A DNA stretch of 64,000 nt. It comes from an uncultured Bacteroidales bacterium (GTDB lineage Bacteria; Bacteroidota; Bacteroidia; Bacteroidales; WCHB1-69). The notes beneath the pieces are model-generated. The model did no database searches. It saw only the letters and a program-made list of their open reading frames with translations, and had not been told where the DNA came from. Numbering within the stretch: position 1 is the first letter of the stretch; every line of letters begins with the position of its first letter. Positions 22,117 to 30,553 of this stretch are shown here, piece after piece. The position numbers and the translations under genes were made by a program. The stretch covers positions 8,161-72,160 of the forward strand of contig CAMHNQ010000007.1 in assembly GCA_946186495.1 (NCBI GenBank), read 5' to 3'.

Positions 22117-22124
22117 CAAAGATA
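22117..22124 (-). promoter_or_regulatory. -7 promoter box for the LytTR gene
   Basis: CAAAGATA on the plus strand, 20 nt upstream of the ATG at 22097. Confidence 0.5.
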
Positions 22125-22177
22125 GTCTTTTTTTCATTGTGACGGACTACGAAATCTTGTCCGTGTCCCTTTCTTGT

Positions 22178-22210
22178 GATTTTCGTCCCTGCATAAAGAT
22201 TTTCGTCCCT
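22178..22210 (+). promoter_or_regulatory. 13-bp direct repeat GATTTTCGTCCCT x2 with 20-bp phasing, in the divergent LytTR / acyl-CoA ligase intergenic region
   Basis: Read directly: 22178-22190 and 22198-22210. A degenerate third copy (cttgtccgtgtccct) lies at about 22156-22170. Confidence 0.55.
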
Positions 22211-22299
22211 TTACACGGCGGAATTGTCACATTCTTGGCTTTCGTTAAGACAAAAAGTGTCTTTTTGCAGCCTGATTTTTCTGAAGAACTTTCATTACA

Positions 22300-24084
22300 A
22301 TGAGTGAAATGAAACACATTTACGACATCATGCTGCAGTACGAGCAGCGTCATCCCGAACAGAAGATAGCCTTGTCGGGAAAGATAGGCAAGAACAAATG
22401 GAACGAATATACTCCCCAGCAGTATAAGAAAACGGCGAACGAATTGAGCTGCGCTCTCTTGGCGAAAGGCATCGGCAGGGGGGACAAGGTTGCGTTGATT
22501 TCCACGAACCGTCCCGAATGGACCATCACCCAGATGGCTGTGACCCAGATTGGTGCGGTGCTTGTCCCGATATATCCTACTATCACCGCCGAGGATTATC
22601 GTTACATACTGAATCATTGCGAAGCCAAGTTGGTCATCATGGAGGGTGAGATAGTGATGCGCAAGGTGCAGTCTGTGGCCGGCGAGTTGCCTGGCTTGAA
22701 GGACATTTACACTTTTGCGGACCGCAAGGAGTATCCTTATTGGGATCAGCTGGTTGCTTTGGGGCGGGACAATTACGACGAGGGCAAGCTTCAGGACCTC
22801 AGGTCCGCCGTGGGCGAGAAGGAATGCGCCATGATTATCTACACTTCCGGCACCACAGGTGTCCCGAAGGGTGTGATGCTTTCGCATTATAATATTATGT
22901 CCCAGCTTGAGAATCTGAAGCAAATCCCCTCCCCATGGTCGAAGAAGGGGTTGAGCTTTCTGCCTCTTTGTCATGCCTACGAGAACATGATTGTACTGCT
23001 GTATCAATATCTTGGCATGACGGTCTATTATGTTTCCAATTTGGCTACGATTGCCGAGGCCATGCGAGAGGTCCATCCGACGATGATGACGGCCGTGCCG
23101 CGTGTGTTGGAGAAATTCTATGAGAAGATCGAGGCTTCCGGGAGGGCTAAGACGGGTGTCGCGCGCTCAGTCTTCGATTGGGCCGTCAAGCTGGCCCTGA
23201 AGTACCATATCGAACCGGAAGACCGGTCAGAAGCCTACAACATGCAGCATGCCCTCGCGGACAAACTGGTGTACAGCAAGATCAGGAAAGGCCTTGGGGC
23301 CGACAATTTCGACATTCTTGTCTCCGGTGCCGCCTCCCTCAAACCGGAACTTTGCTCTTTCTTCTCCGCAATCGGTATGCCGGTGTTCGAGGGATATGGC
23401 ATGACGGAAACCTCCCCGGTCATTGCCGTCTCCTGCCGTGAGAAATACGGGCGTCAAGCCAACACTGTTGGATTCCCGCTCGGAGGTGTCGATGTCGCCA
23501 TCACCAAGGATGGTGAAATCATCTGCCGCGGCCATAACGTGATGTTAGGCTACTACAAGAACGAGGAACAGACACGGGAAATCATCGACGAGAGCGGCTG
23601 GCTCCACACCGGAGACATGGGACGTTTCACGGAACGCGGTCAGTTGGTGATTACCGGCCGCATCAAGAATATCTTCAAGACCTCTATGGGCAAATATGTC
23701 AATCCCCAAGTAATTGAGGAAAAAATAGCCCAGTCCAAGTACATCGACCAGGTTCTGGCCGTGGGTGAGAACGAGAAGTTTGTAGCAGCCCTGATCGTAC
23801 CTGATTTCGCCGCTGTCAAAGAATGGTGCGAGTCGGAGAGGATTGTCTACTCCCATCCGAAGGAAATGATCGGGAACCTGAATGTGAAGAACCTCATTAA
23901 AGAGGAGGTGGCCAAGAGTAACAAGGAGTTGAGCAAGACCGAGAATGTGGTGCGTTTCGAGCTCATTGCGGACGAATGGACCCAAGACAACGGGTTGCTT
24001 ACCCCGACGCTCAAGGTGAAACGGAATAAAATTGCCAAAAAATATGCTGATGTGATTCAAAAGATGTTTGAGCACAATCAGTAG
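22300..24084 (+). CDS. Long-chain fatty acid--CoA ligase (AMP-forming acyl-CoA synthetase)
   Basis: AMP-binding motifs IIYTSGTTGVPKGVMLSH, EGYGMTET and GWLHTGDMG, and a C-terminal LTPTLKVKR. Confidence 0.88.
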   Translation: MSEMKHIYDIMLQYEQRHPEQKIALSGKIGKNKWNEYTPQQYKKTANELSCALLAKGIGRGDKVALISTNRPEWTITQMAVTQIGAVLVPIYPTITAEDYRYILNHCEAKLVIMEGEIVMRKVQSVAGELPGLKDIYTFADRKEYPYWDQLVALGRDNYDEGKLQDLRSAVGEKECAMIIYTSGTTGVPKGVMLSHYNIMSQLENLKQIPSPWSKKGLSFLPLCHAYENMIVLLYQYLGMTVYYVSNLATIAEAMREVHPTMMTAVPRVLEKFYEKIEASGRAKTGVARSVFDWAVKLALKYHIEPEDRSEAYNMQHALADKLVYSKIRKGLGADNFDILVSGAASLKPELCSFFSAIGMPVFEGYGMTETSPVIAVSCREKYGRQANTVGFPLGGVDVAITKDGEIICRGHNVMLGYYKNEEQTREIIDESGWLHTGDMGRFTERGQLVITGRIKNIFKTSMGKYVNPQVIEEKIAQSKYIDQVLAVGENEKFVAALIVPDFAAVKEWCESERIVYSHPKEMIGNLNVKNLIKEEVAKSNKELSKTENVVRFELIADEWTQDNGLLTPTLKVKRNKIAKKYADVIQKMFEHNQ

Positions 24085-24147
24085 TGAGACAGCGGGTCTG
24101 TCTTTCCCCTATTGGCGGATCCGCAGTTTTTGTGTTGTGTTATGTGT

Positions 24148-24179
24148 GACGGAGGCCTTTCGAGGGCCTCTGTCATTTT
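24148..24179 (+). terminator. Intrinsic terminator after the acyl-CoA ligase gene
   Basis: gacggaggcc-tttcgag-ggcctctgtc stem followed by atttt. Confidence 0.65.
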
Positions 24180-24204
24180 AAAAAACCGACTTGTTTGAAG
24201 TCGG
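24180..24204 (-). terminator. Intrinsic terminator after the HATPase-like gene (minus strand)
   Basis: ccgactt-gtttg-aagtcgg hairpin. On the minus strand it is followed by a T6 run. Confidence 0.65.
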
Positions 24205-24232
24205 TTGGCCAAGATGTTCCAGGGATGAGGGA

Positions 24233-24778
24233 TTACCGGATGTTCTCCTCCACCATCTCTTTGATATAGGACATCACTTCGGGTTCTTGCAGCGAAACAC
24301 CGTCCAGTGCTTCGTACAACTCGTCAGTATCGAGGACGTAGTCGGTGGTCTGCTCGCCGCCTTGGGTCCGCTGGAAGTGGAAAACGAAGTGTATTTCGGG
24401 GTGTGCGGCGATGGTGAGTACCATGGTGCCGGCCAGGTCGCCCATTGGCGGGCGGTCTAAGTGTGTGAGCCCGAATATGGCGGTGACTGTCGTGCCTACA
24501 CCCAGTGTGCTGTCTATTTTCATAGAACCGCCGGTCATCTCGGAGTTCTGCTTCAGCAGTGGCAGCCCGAGGCCCACTTTGCGCGTGGTGCGCGTGGTGA
24601 AGAATGGGTTGACGACCTTCTCCACCGTCTCCTGGCTCATGCCGCATCCGTCGTCCTTGAAGACGAGCGTCAGCGTGTCCGCATCGTGGTTCTCCAAAAC
24701 CTCAAGGGTGATGTTCTTCGCTTTTGCACGCGTGGAATTCTGCAGAATGTCCATGATGTGCATCGACAAGTCTTTCAT
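24233..24778 (-). CDS. Histidine-kinase-like ATPase (HATPase_c) domain protein, anti-sigma-regulatory-factor-like
   Basis: MHIMDILQNSTRAKA...FKDDGCGMSQETVEKVVNPFFTTRTTRKVGLGLPLLKQ matches the Bergerat-fold N, G1 and G2 boxes. Confidence 0.78.
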   Translation of the reverse strand: MKDLSMHIMDILQNSTRAKAKNITLEVLENHDADTLTLVFKDDGCGMSQETVEKVVNPFFTTRTTRKVGLGLPLLKQNSEMTGGSMKIDSTLGVGTTVTAIFGLTHLDRPPMGDLAGTMVLTIAAHPEIHFVFHFQRTQGGEQTTDYVLDTDELYEALDGVSLQEPEVMSYIKEMVEENIR

Positions 24779-24780
24779 GC

Positions 24781-25116
24781 TTACGCGTTTAAGTATTTGT
24801 AGATTTGCCCGGCGACCTCGAAGGTCTGTTCGGTGGTGCCTAAGACGGGGATGTCCTCCTCTTTAGCCTGTTCCAGCATGTCGTCGTCGGGTTTGTTGCC
24901 TTTCACGAGGATGACACATGCCAATTCCTTCAGTGAAGCGATGGCGATGACGTTTTTGTGGGTCTGCAGGGTCACCCACACGTGTCCCTCCTGTGCAAAG
25001 CCCATTACATCGCTCAGCAAATCAGAGACATAGCCACCCTTAATCACGGTGTCCATGTTGTCCTCACCACAGTAGACTGTGAGGTTCATTTTTTCTACTA
25101 ATTCTTTTACTGTCAT
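24781..25116 (-). CDS. DRTGG domain protein
   Basis: 111 aa. ...GGYVSDLLSDVMGFAQEGHVWVTLQTHKNVIAIASLKELACVILVKGNKPD... resembles DRTGG-domain proteins. Its stop lies 3 nt upstream of the downstream HATPase gene. Confidence 0.7.
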   Translation of the reverse strand: MTVKELVEKMNLTVYCGEDNMDTVIKGGYVSDLLSDVMGFAQEGHVWVTLQTHKNVIAIASLKELACVILVKGNKPDDDMLEQAKEEDIPVLGTTEQTFEVAGQIYKYLNA

Positions 25117-25204
25117 ATTTATTTTTGTTAGATTGTTCCTTTACGTTGTTTGTCGTTGATGCACAGGCGACGTCCTGTTATCGCCAATTGCGAGACGGCC
25201 GGGA

Positions 25205-26593
25205 TTATGCCTCAAGGGTGTTGGGAGAGGCGTTCTTTTTCAGTAAGACGAGTGCTTCGTCCATGGTGATGGTCTGTTGAGAGCCGGTTTGCATGTCTTT
25301 AAGGGTGTAGAGGCCTTGGGTGCGTTCGTTTTCGCCGGCCATGATGACGAATGGGATGCCTTTGGCGTTGGCGTAGTTCATCTGTTTGCCGATTTTGGCG
25401 TTGTCGGGGTAGATTTCGGAGGGGATGCCGGCTTTCCGGAGCTGTTGGAGTCCTTCCAGGGCGTACAGTTCGTCTTCGCCGCCGAAGTTCACGAAGATGG
25501 CGGTGATGGGGGTGAGGATGTGTTGCGGGAAGAGGTTCAGCTCGTTAAGGACGTCGTAGATGCGTTCTGCGCCGTAGGAGATGCCCACACCGGACATGTT
25601 CTTCAGTCCGAAGATGCCGGTGAGGTTGTCATAGCGGCCTCCGCCGGAGATGCTGCCCATGGCCACGTCCTTGGCTTTGATTTCGAAGATGGCGCCGGTG
25701 TAGTAGTTCAGTCCCCGGGCCAGCGTCACATCGACCTGCAGTTCCGTGGATATCCGCATTTTTTCGGCGTAGCAGAGCACTGTCCTCAGCTCCTCCACTC
25801 CTTTGAGGCCGGTTTCGGAGGCGGACAGCATTTGGCCGAGGCGGTCCAGCACCTCGCCGTTGGAGAGGCCGTCGAGTTCGAACAGGGGGGCCAGCCCGTT
25901 GACGGACTCCTGCGAGATGCCTCGTTCCAGCATCTCCTCGCAGACCTTCTCCCGCCCGATCTTGTCAAGCTTGTCGAGGGCCACGCAGAGGTCGGTGACC
26001 TGTTCGGCGTTGCAGAAGATTTCAGCGATGCCGCTGAGAATCTTCCGGTTGTTGATTTTCATCACGATATTGATGCCGAAGGCGCGGAAGATCTCGTCGG
26101 TGATTTCCACCAGCTCGGCTTCGTTGAGCAGGGAGTTGCTGCCAATGATGTCGGCGTCGCACTGATAGAACTCGCGGTAGCGGCCTTTTTGCGGGCGGTC
26201 GGCGCGCCAGACGGGCTGCATCTGGTAGCGCTTGAAGGGCATCGTCAGCTCGTTCTGGTGCTGCACCACGAAGCGGGCGAAGGGGACCGTGAGGTCGTAA
26301 CGCAGGCCCTTTTCGCAAAGTTGGGCCGCAAGTTTGTTCGTGTTCTGGATGCCGTCTTGGAAATCCACGCCTTTGGTGAAATCACCCGAATTGAGAATCT
26401 TGAAGAGCAGGCGGTCTCCCTCTTCGCCGTATTTGCCCATCAGCGTGGAGAGGTTCTCCATTGCCGGGGTCTCGATGGGGAGATAGGCGTGTCGGTGGAA
26501 GACGGTGCGGATGGTGTCGAAGATATAGTTGCGCCGCATCATCTCGACGGGCGTGAAATCGCGTGTACCTTTTGGAATAGAGGGCTTTATCAT
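25205..26593 (-). CDS. hisS: Histidine--tRNA ligase
   Basis: Start placed at [13 protein letters not shown]. Class II motifs ([35 protein letters not shown]) and an anticodon-binding C-terminus. The upstream 29 codons of the track ORF lie 5' of the promoter box. Confidence 0.95.
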   Translation of the reverse strand: MIKPSIPKGTRDFTPVEMMRRNYIFDTIRTVFHRHAYLPIETPAMENLSTLMGKYGEEGDRLLFKILNSGDFTKGVDFQDGIQNTNKLAAQLCEKGLRYDLTVPFARFVVQHQNELTMPFKRYQMQPVWRADRPQKGRYREFYQCDADIIGSNSLLNEAELVEITDEIFRAFGINIVMKINNRKILSGIAEIFCNAEQVTDLCVALDKLDKIGREKVCEEMLERGISQESVNGLAPLFELDGLSNGEVLDRLGQMLSASETGLKGVEELRTVLCYAEKMRISTELQVDVTLARGLNYYTGAIFEIKAKDVAMGSISGGGRYDNLTGIFGLKNMSGVGISYGAERIYDVLNELNLFPQHILTPITAIFVNFGGEDELYALEGLQQLRKAGIPSEIYPDNAKIGKQMNYANAKGIPFVIMAGENERTQGLYTLKDMQTGSQQTITMDEALVLLKKNASPNTLEA

Positions 26594-26621
26594 AGTTTCG
26601 TCATTACTATTGTTAAGGAGG

Positions 26622-26629
26622 CAAAGGTA
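26622..26629 (-). promoter_or_regulatory. -7 promoter box for hisS
   Basis: CAAAGGTA on the plus strand, 29 nt upstream of the ATG at 26593. Confidence 0.55.
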
Positions 26630-26774
26630 CACAAAATATGAATATGCCGGGATGACCAAGCCCTGTTTTTTTTCTCTCATGCGGATTCACCACCCTTGAT
26701 GAACAAAATGTTCGCGAAGCTGGGGTTTCTTTTCCGAAAAAATCCTATCTTCGCGCTTTGAAAAACTGTGACCT

Positions 26775-29540
26775 ATGGCTGAAGAATTCGAAGATGAGGA
26801 ATTGACCGGAGAATCGATGGAAGAATCAGGGGAAATCATTATCCCTGAGGAAGATGCAGACACAAACGCACAGGACGAGTCAGGATTGCACAAGGTGATT
26901 TTCGCGCAGTCGATGTACCGCGAGTGGTACTTGGACTATGCTTCCTATGTCATCCTGGACCGCGCCTTCCCCGACGTCTATGACGGACTGAAGCCCGTGC
27001 AGCGCCGCATCCTGCACTCCATGGACGAGCTGGAGGACGGCCGTTTCAACAAGGTGGCCAACATCGTGGGCAACACCATGAAGTACCATCCGCACGGTGA
27101 CGCTTCCATCGGCGCGGCCTTGGTGCAGCTGGGGCAGAAACATCTGCTCATCGACACGCAGGGGAACTGGGGCAACATCCTCACCGGCGACGATGCGGCG
27201 GCCCCCCGTTACATCGAGGCACGCCTCACCCCGTTCGCCAAAGAGGTCGTCTTCAACCATAAGACCACCGAGTGGCAGGTCTCCTACGACGGCCGTAACC
27301 GCGAACCCATCGCGCTGCCTGTCAAGTTCCCACTGTTGCTCGCCCAGGGCGTGAAGGGCATTGGCGTGGGCATGTCCACCCTCATCCTGCCCCACAACTT
27401 CAACGAGCTCATCGACGCCTCTGTGCACATCCTGCGCGGAGAGGATTTCGAAATCTACCCAGACTTCCCAACCGGCGGCGCCATCGACGTGAGCCGCTAC
27501 AACAACGGGGCTCAGGGCGGCAAGGTCCGAAATCGCGCCAAAATCAGCATTGTTGATAACAAAACACTTGTAATCAATGAAATACCATACGGTACCACTA
27601 CCGAGGACCTCATTTCCGAGTCCACCAACTCCATCACCAAGGCCATTGACAACGGGAAGCTGAAAATCAAGAAAATCGACGACAACACAGCGGCGCAGGC
27701 CGAGATCTACCTCCATCTGCAGCCTGGCGTCTCCCCTGACCAGACCATTGACGCGCTCTACGCCTTCACCGACTGCGAAATCACCTATTCGACTAACGCC
27801 TGCGTCATCTGGAACGGCAAGCCCGTCTTCACCAACGTCAAGGACATCTTGCGCATCAACACCGAGAATACGCTCAACCTGCTGCGTAAGGAATTGGAGA
27901 TCGAACTTGACGAGTTGCGCCAGCAGTGGCACAAGATTTCCCTTGAGAAAATCTTCTTCGAGAAGCGAATCTACAAGGAGTTGGAAAAAGACGCCGACTC
28001 CTGGGACGTGCAGATCGACCGCATCGAGCGTGCCTTCGATCCCTACCGCCCGCTTTTCCGCCAGGAAATCACCCGCGACGACGTGCTCGCGCTCTGCGAA
28101 AAACCCGTCCGCAAAATCTCCAAGTTCGACATCAAGGCCGCCATGGACAAGATTGCCGAAATCGAGCTCGGCATGGATGAGGTGCAAAACCATCTTGACC
28201 ATCTCGTCGATTATGCCATCAACTATTTTCTGCAACTGAAAAAGAAGTACGGTGCTGATTACAAGCGTCTTACTGAAATAAAGAGTTTCGACACCATCAG
28301 CGCGGTCACCGTGGCGGTGGCCAACCAAAAGCTCTACGTCAACAAGAAAGAGGGCTTCATCGGCACTAACCTCAAGAAGGACGACGACGTGGAGTTCGCC
28401 TGCCTCTGCTCCGATTTAGACGACATCATCGTGTTCCACGAGAACGGCGAATGCTCCATCAGCAAGGTGGCCGACAAGCATTTCGTGGGCAAGCACATTA
28501 TCCACGCCGAGGTGTTCCGGCGCGGCGATGAGCGGCAGATATACAACATGATCTATTCTGCCGGCGTGAACGGCCCCGTGTATGCGAAGCGTTTCAACGT
28601 GGGCGGTGTCACCCGCGACAAGAAGTACGACCTCGTGAAGGGCAACAAGAACGCCAAGGTGATTTATTTCACCTCCAACCCCAACGGTGAGGCCGAGGTG
28701 GTTCGCGTGAAACTCAAACCCAAGCCCAAACTCAAGAAGCGGGAGTTCGACTTCGACTTCGGGACTCTTGCGGTGAAGAACCGCGCAGCCTTGGGTAACA
28801 TCGTCACCCGCTATCCCATCTCCTCCATCACGCTGGCGCAGAAGGGCGTCTCCACACTCAGTGCTATCGACGTCTATTTTGAGTCGGCCGTGATGCGCCT
28901 CAACACCGACGGAAGAGGCGAGTTAGTGGGTTCTTTCCATGAAGACGACAAGATTATAACCGTTTACAAGTCTGGAAATTACAGAATTACCGGCTATGAA
29001 ACGACCCTTCATTTCGAGGACGACCTCGATATCATCCGCAAGTGGAAACCTTCGATGGTCATCACTGCCGTTTATATGCTCAAGAAGGAGAAAAAATACT
29101 TTATCAAGCGTTTCCAGCCGGATGTTCTGATGAGGAAAATCGATTTCTACCCCACCGACGGAACCGCCAAGTTGGTTGCCTACTCCATCGACTACCTGCC
29201 GCAAATTGAGGTGATTTACCATGCGAAGAAAACGGACACGGAGGACACGGTCACGGTGATTCCTTGTGCAGAGTTTGTGGAATCCACTACAGCTCGCGCC
29301 AAAGGTAAACGCCTTAACTTCAATGATATAAAGGCTGTGAGATTCATTGAACCCTTGCCTTACGACGAACCCGATGAAGAACAGGAGGAGGAGAACCTTC
29401 CCGACGACGTGGACCCCGTCACCTCCATGGATGAGGAAATCGCCAAGGAGGTGTTCGATACCATCACTGCCGAAAAGTCTGACATCCCGACTGAAGCAGA
29501 AGGTGCAGGAATGCAATTGGGCCTGTTTGACGAAGAATAA
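26775..29540 (+). CDS. parC: DNA topoisomerase IV subunit A (GyrA/ParC family)
   Basis: DGLKPVQRRILHSM and KYHPHGDASI, with the catalytic region AAPRYIEARL. There is no GyrA-box region and the C-terminal tail is acidic. Size and layout fit the Bacteroidota ParC-like paralog. Confidence 0.88.
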   Translation: MAEEFEDEELTGESMEESGEIIIPEEDADTNAQDESGLHKVIFAQSMYREWYLDYASYVILDRAFPDVYDGLKPVQRRILHSMDELEDGRFNKVANIVGNTMKYHPHGDASIGAALVQLGQKHLLIDTQGNWGNILTGDDAAAPRYIEARLTPFAKEVVFNHKTTEWQVSYDGRNREPIALPVKFPLLLAQGVKGIGVGMSTLILPHNFNELIDASVHILRGEDFEIYPDFPTGGAIDVSRYNNGAQGGKVRNRAKISIVDNKTLVINEIPYGTTTEDLISESTNSITKAIDNGKLKIKKIDDNTAAQAEIYLHLQPGVSPDQTIDALYAFTDCEITYSTNACVIWNGKPVFTNVKDILRINTENTLNLLRKELEIELDELRQQWHKISLEKIFFEKRIYKELEKDADSWDVQIDRIERAFDPYRPLFRQEITRDDVLALCEKPVRKISKFDIKAAMDKIAEIELGMDEVQNHLDHLVDYAINYFLQLKKKYGADYKRLTEIKSFDTISAVTVAVANQKLYVNKKEGFIGTNLKKDDDVEFACLCSDLDDIIVFHENGECSISKVADKHFVGKHIIHAEVFRRGDERQIYNMIYSAGVNGPVYAKRFNVGGVTRDKKYDLVKGNKNAKVIYFTSNPNGEAEVVRVKLKPKPKLKKREFDFDFGTLAVKNRAALGNIVTRYPISSITLAQKGVSTLSAIDVYFESAVMRLNTDGRGELVGSFHEDDKIITVYKSGNYRITGYETTLHFEDDLDIIRKWKPSMVITAVYMLKKEKKYFIKRFQPDVLMRKIDFYPTDGTAKLVAYSIDYLPQIEVIYHAKKTDTEDTVTVIPCAEFVESTTARAKGKRLNFNDIKAVRFIEPLPYDEPDEEQEEENLPDDVDPVTSMDEEIAKEVFDTITAEKSDIPTEAEGAGMQLGLFDEE

Positions 29541-29550
29541 AGTTATTGGT

Positions 29551-29598
29551 GTCCGCTAAAAGTCTCGCGCGTGCGCATGTGCGGAACTTTTAGCGGAC
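29551..29598 (+). terminator. Long hairpin downstream of parC (13-bp stem, 22-nt GC-rich loop), with a T8 run 8 nt later
   Basis: gtccgctaaaagt ... acttttagcggac is a perfect inverted repeat, followed by atcaataattttttttaaac. Confidence 0.6.
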
Positions 29599-29781
29599 AT
29601 CAATAATTTTTTTTAAACTTTATTTTCGGATTGATTCATAATAGAATTAATCAGTGCCGTGAACACTTCTTGACTCTTTTTTGATAACTATGGCGGTTGC
29701 TTTCCTTTTAACTAACTTTAACTGACATTGTATAATAAGGCTGTTGAAGCTTGGAGTCCTTGAGGATGATATTCAAATGTG

Positions 29782-30105
29782 TCACGAACGGACAGTGGCG
29801 TATTCAATTCTAAAATCATGCTCCCTGATATAGTCCATGTCTATGTCAATGTTTCTGGAACCGACATATTTATAGCGTTTTTTACCTGACTTCGCAAACG
29901 TATGTTGAGTAATAAAAGACTCAACTATTAATACATTGATATTAGGTGGCGTATTACTGCACGTGGGCAATAACAGGGAGAAATTTCGTTTTCGATTAGT
30001 CGTTCCAGATGATTCAAAATAGAAAAGAGAGGTGATCGTGTCCAAAAATACGGTCAAATTAGTCGGGTTGAAATATATCACTTTAATTCCGTAAACTAAT
30101 TTCAA
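29782..30105 (-). CDS. Doubtful small ORF in an AT-rich island (TTG start, no family recognised)
   Basis: It is the only ORF of at least 100 aa in the AT-rich segment 29600-30260. A CAAAAATA -7 box at 30233-30240 (minus strand) could drive it. It has no ATG start and I recognise no motif. Confidence 0.25.
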   Translation of the reverse strand: MKLVYGIKVIYFNPTNLTVFLDTITSLFYFESSGTTNRKRNFSLLLPTCSNTPPNINVLIVESFITQHTFAKSGKKRYKYVGSRNIDIDMDYIREHDFRIEYATVRS

Positions 30106-30436
30106 TTTTAACTATTTATAAATCAGTGAGTTATTGTTGATGAATAAATTAGCAATGACTTGCTGTTCTCATATTTTTCACCTGTTTTTGCGATTGCTTA
30201 CTTCAACAAACAATTGGTGAAAGATAAGGCTGCAAAAATACAAATTAAAAACGACAGAATCAACAGTTTCGGCGGAATTTTTTCGCCATGGGGCATTCAA
30301 AATCACCCCCGACTACCTCTTCTGCAGCGCGGACACCCGCCATCCGTGCCGGCTCTCCGCGCGCCGCCGTGCGGCCTTGCGGCACCCGCCGGAAGCAGGG
30401 AGAAGAGTTTGCGGAATTCAGATATTGTATTTTATG

Positions 30437-30444
30437 TATTTTTG
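30437..30444 (+). promoter_or_regulatory. -7 promoter box (TATTTTTG) in front of the ATPase gene stub
   Basis: Exact TAnnTTTG match, 25 nt upstream of the ATG at 30469. Confidence 0.5.
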
Positions 30445-30468
30445 CAGAAAAATAAAAATGACGAAACA

Positions 30469-30510
30469 ATGATTGGACGAGAGAAGGAATTTCAAGAGTT
30501 GAAAGCCTGA
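30469..30510 (+). pseudogene. 13-codon stub of an AAA-type ATP-binding protein gene (MIGREKEFQELKA-stop)
   Basis: It has a promoter box and an ATG, and the N-terminal peptide MIGREKE.QEL is typical of Bacteroidales ATP-binding/AAA proteins. The reading frame ends after 13 codons and the next gene starts about 45 nt later. Confidence 0.4.
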
Positions 30511-30553
30511 CCTGAGTCCGCCCGGGTTGAGAGCAGCGAACCCTGGGCTTTGG

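Noticed and set aside
30290-30410. GC-rich segment containing ...CCGCCGGAAGCAGGGAG..., considered as a possible SRP (4.5S) RNA or other small RNA
   Set aside because: I could not fold it into the conserved SRP helix-8 motif (GNAR tetraloop flanked by the symmetric and asymmetric loops). Without a covariance-model scan there is no support. It stays unexplained and is mentioned under the AT-rich island finding.
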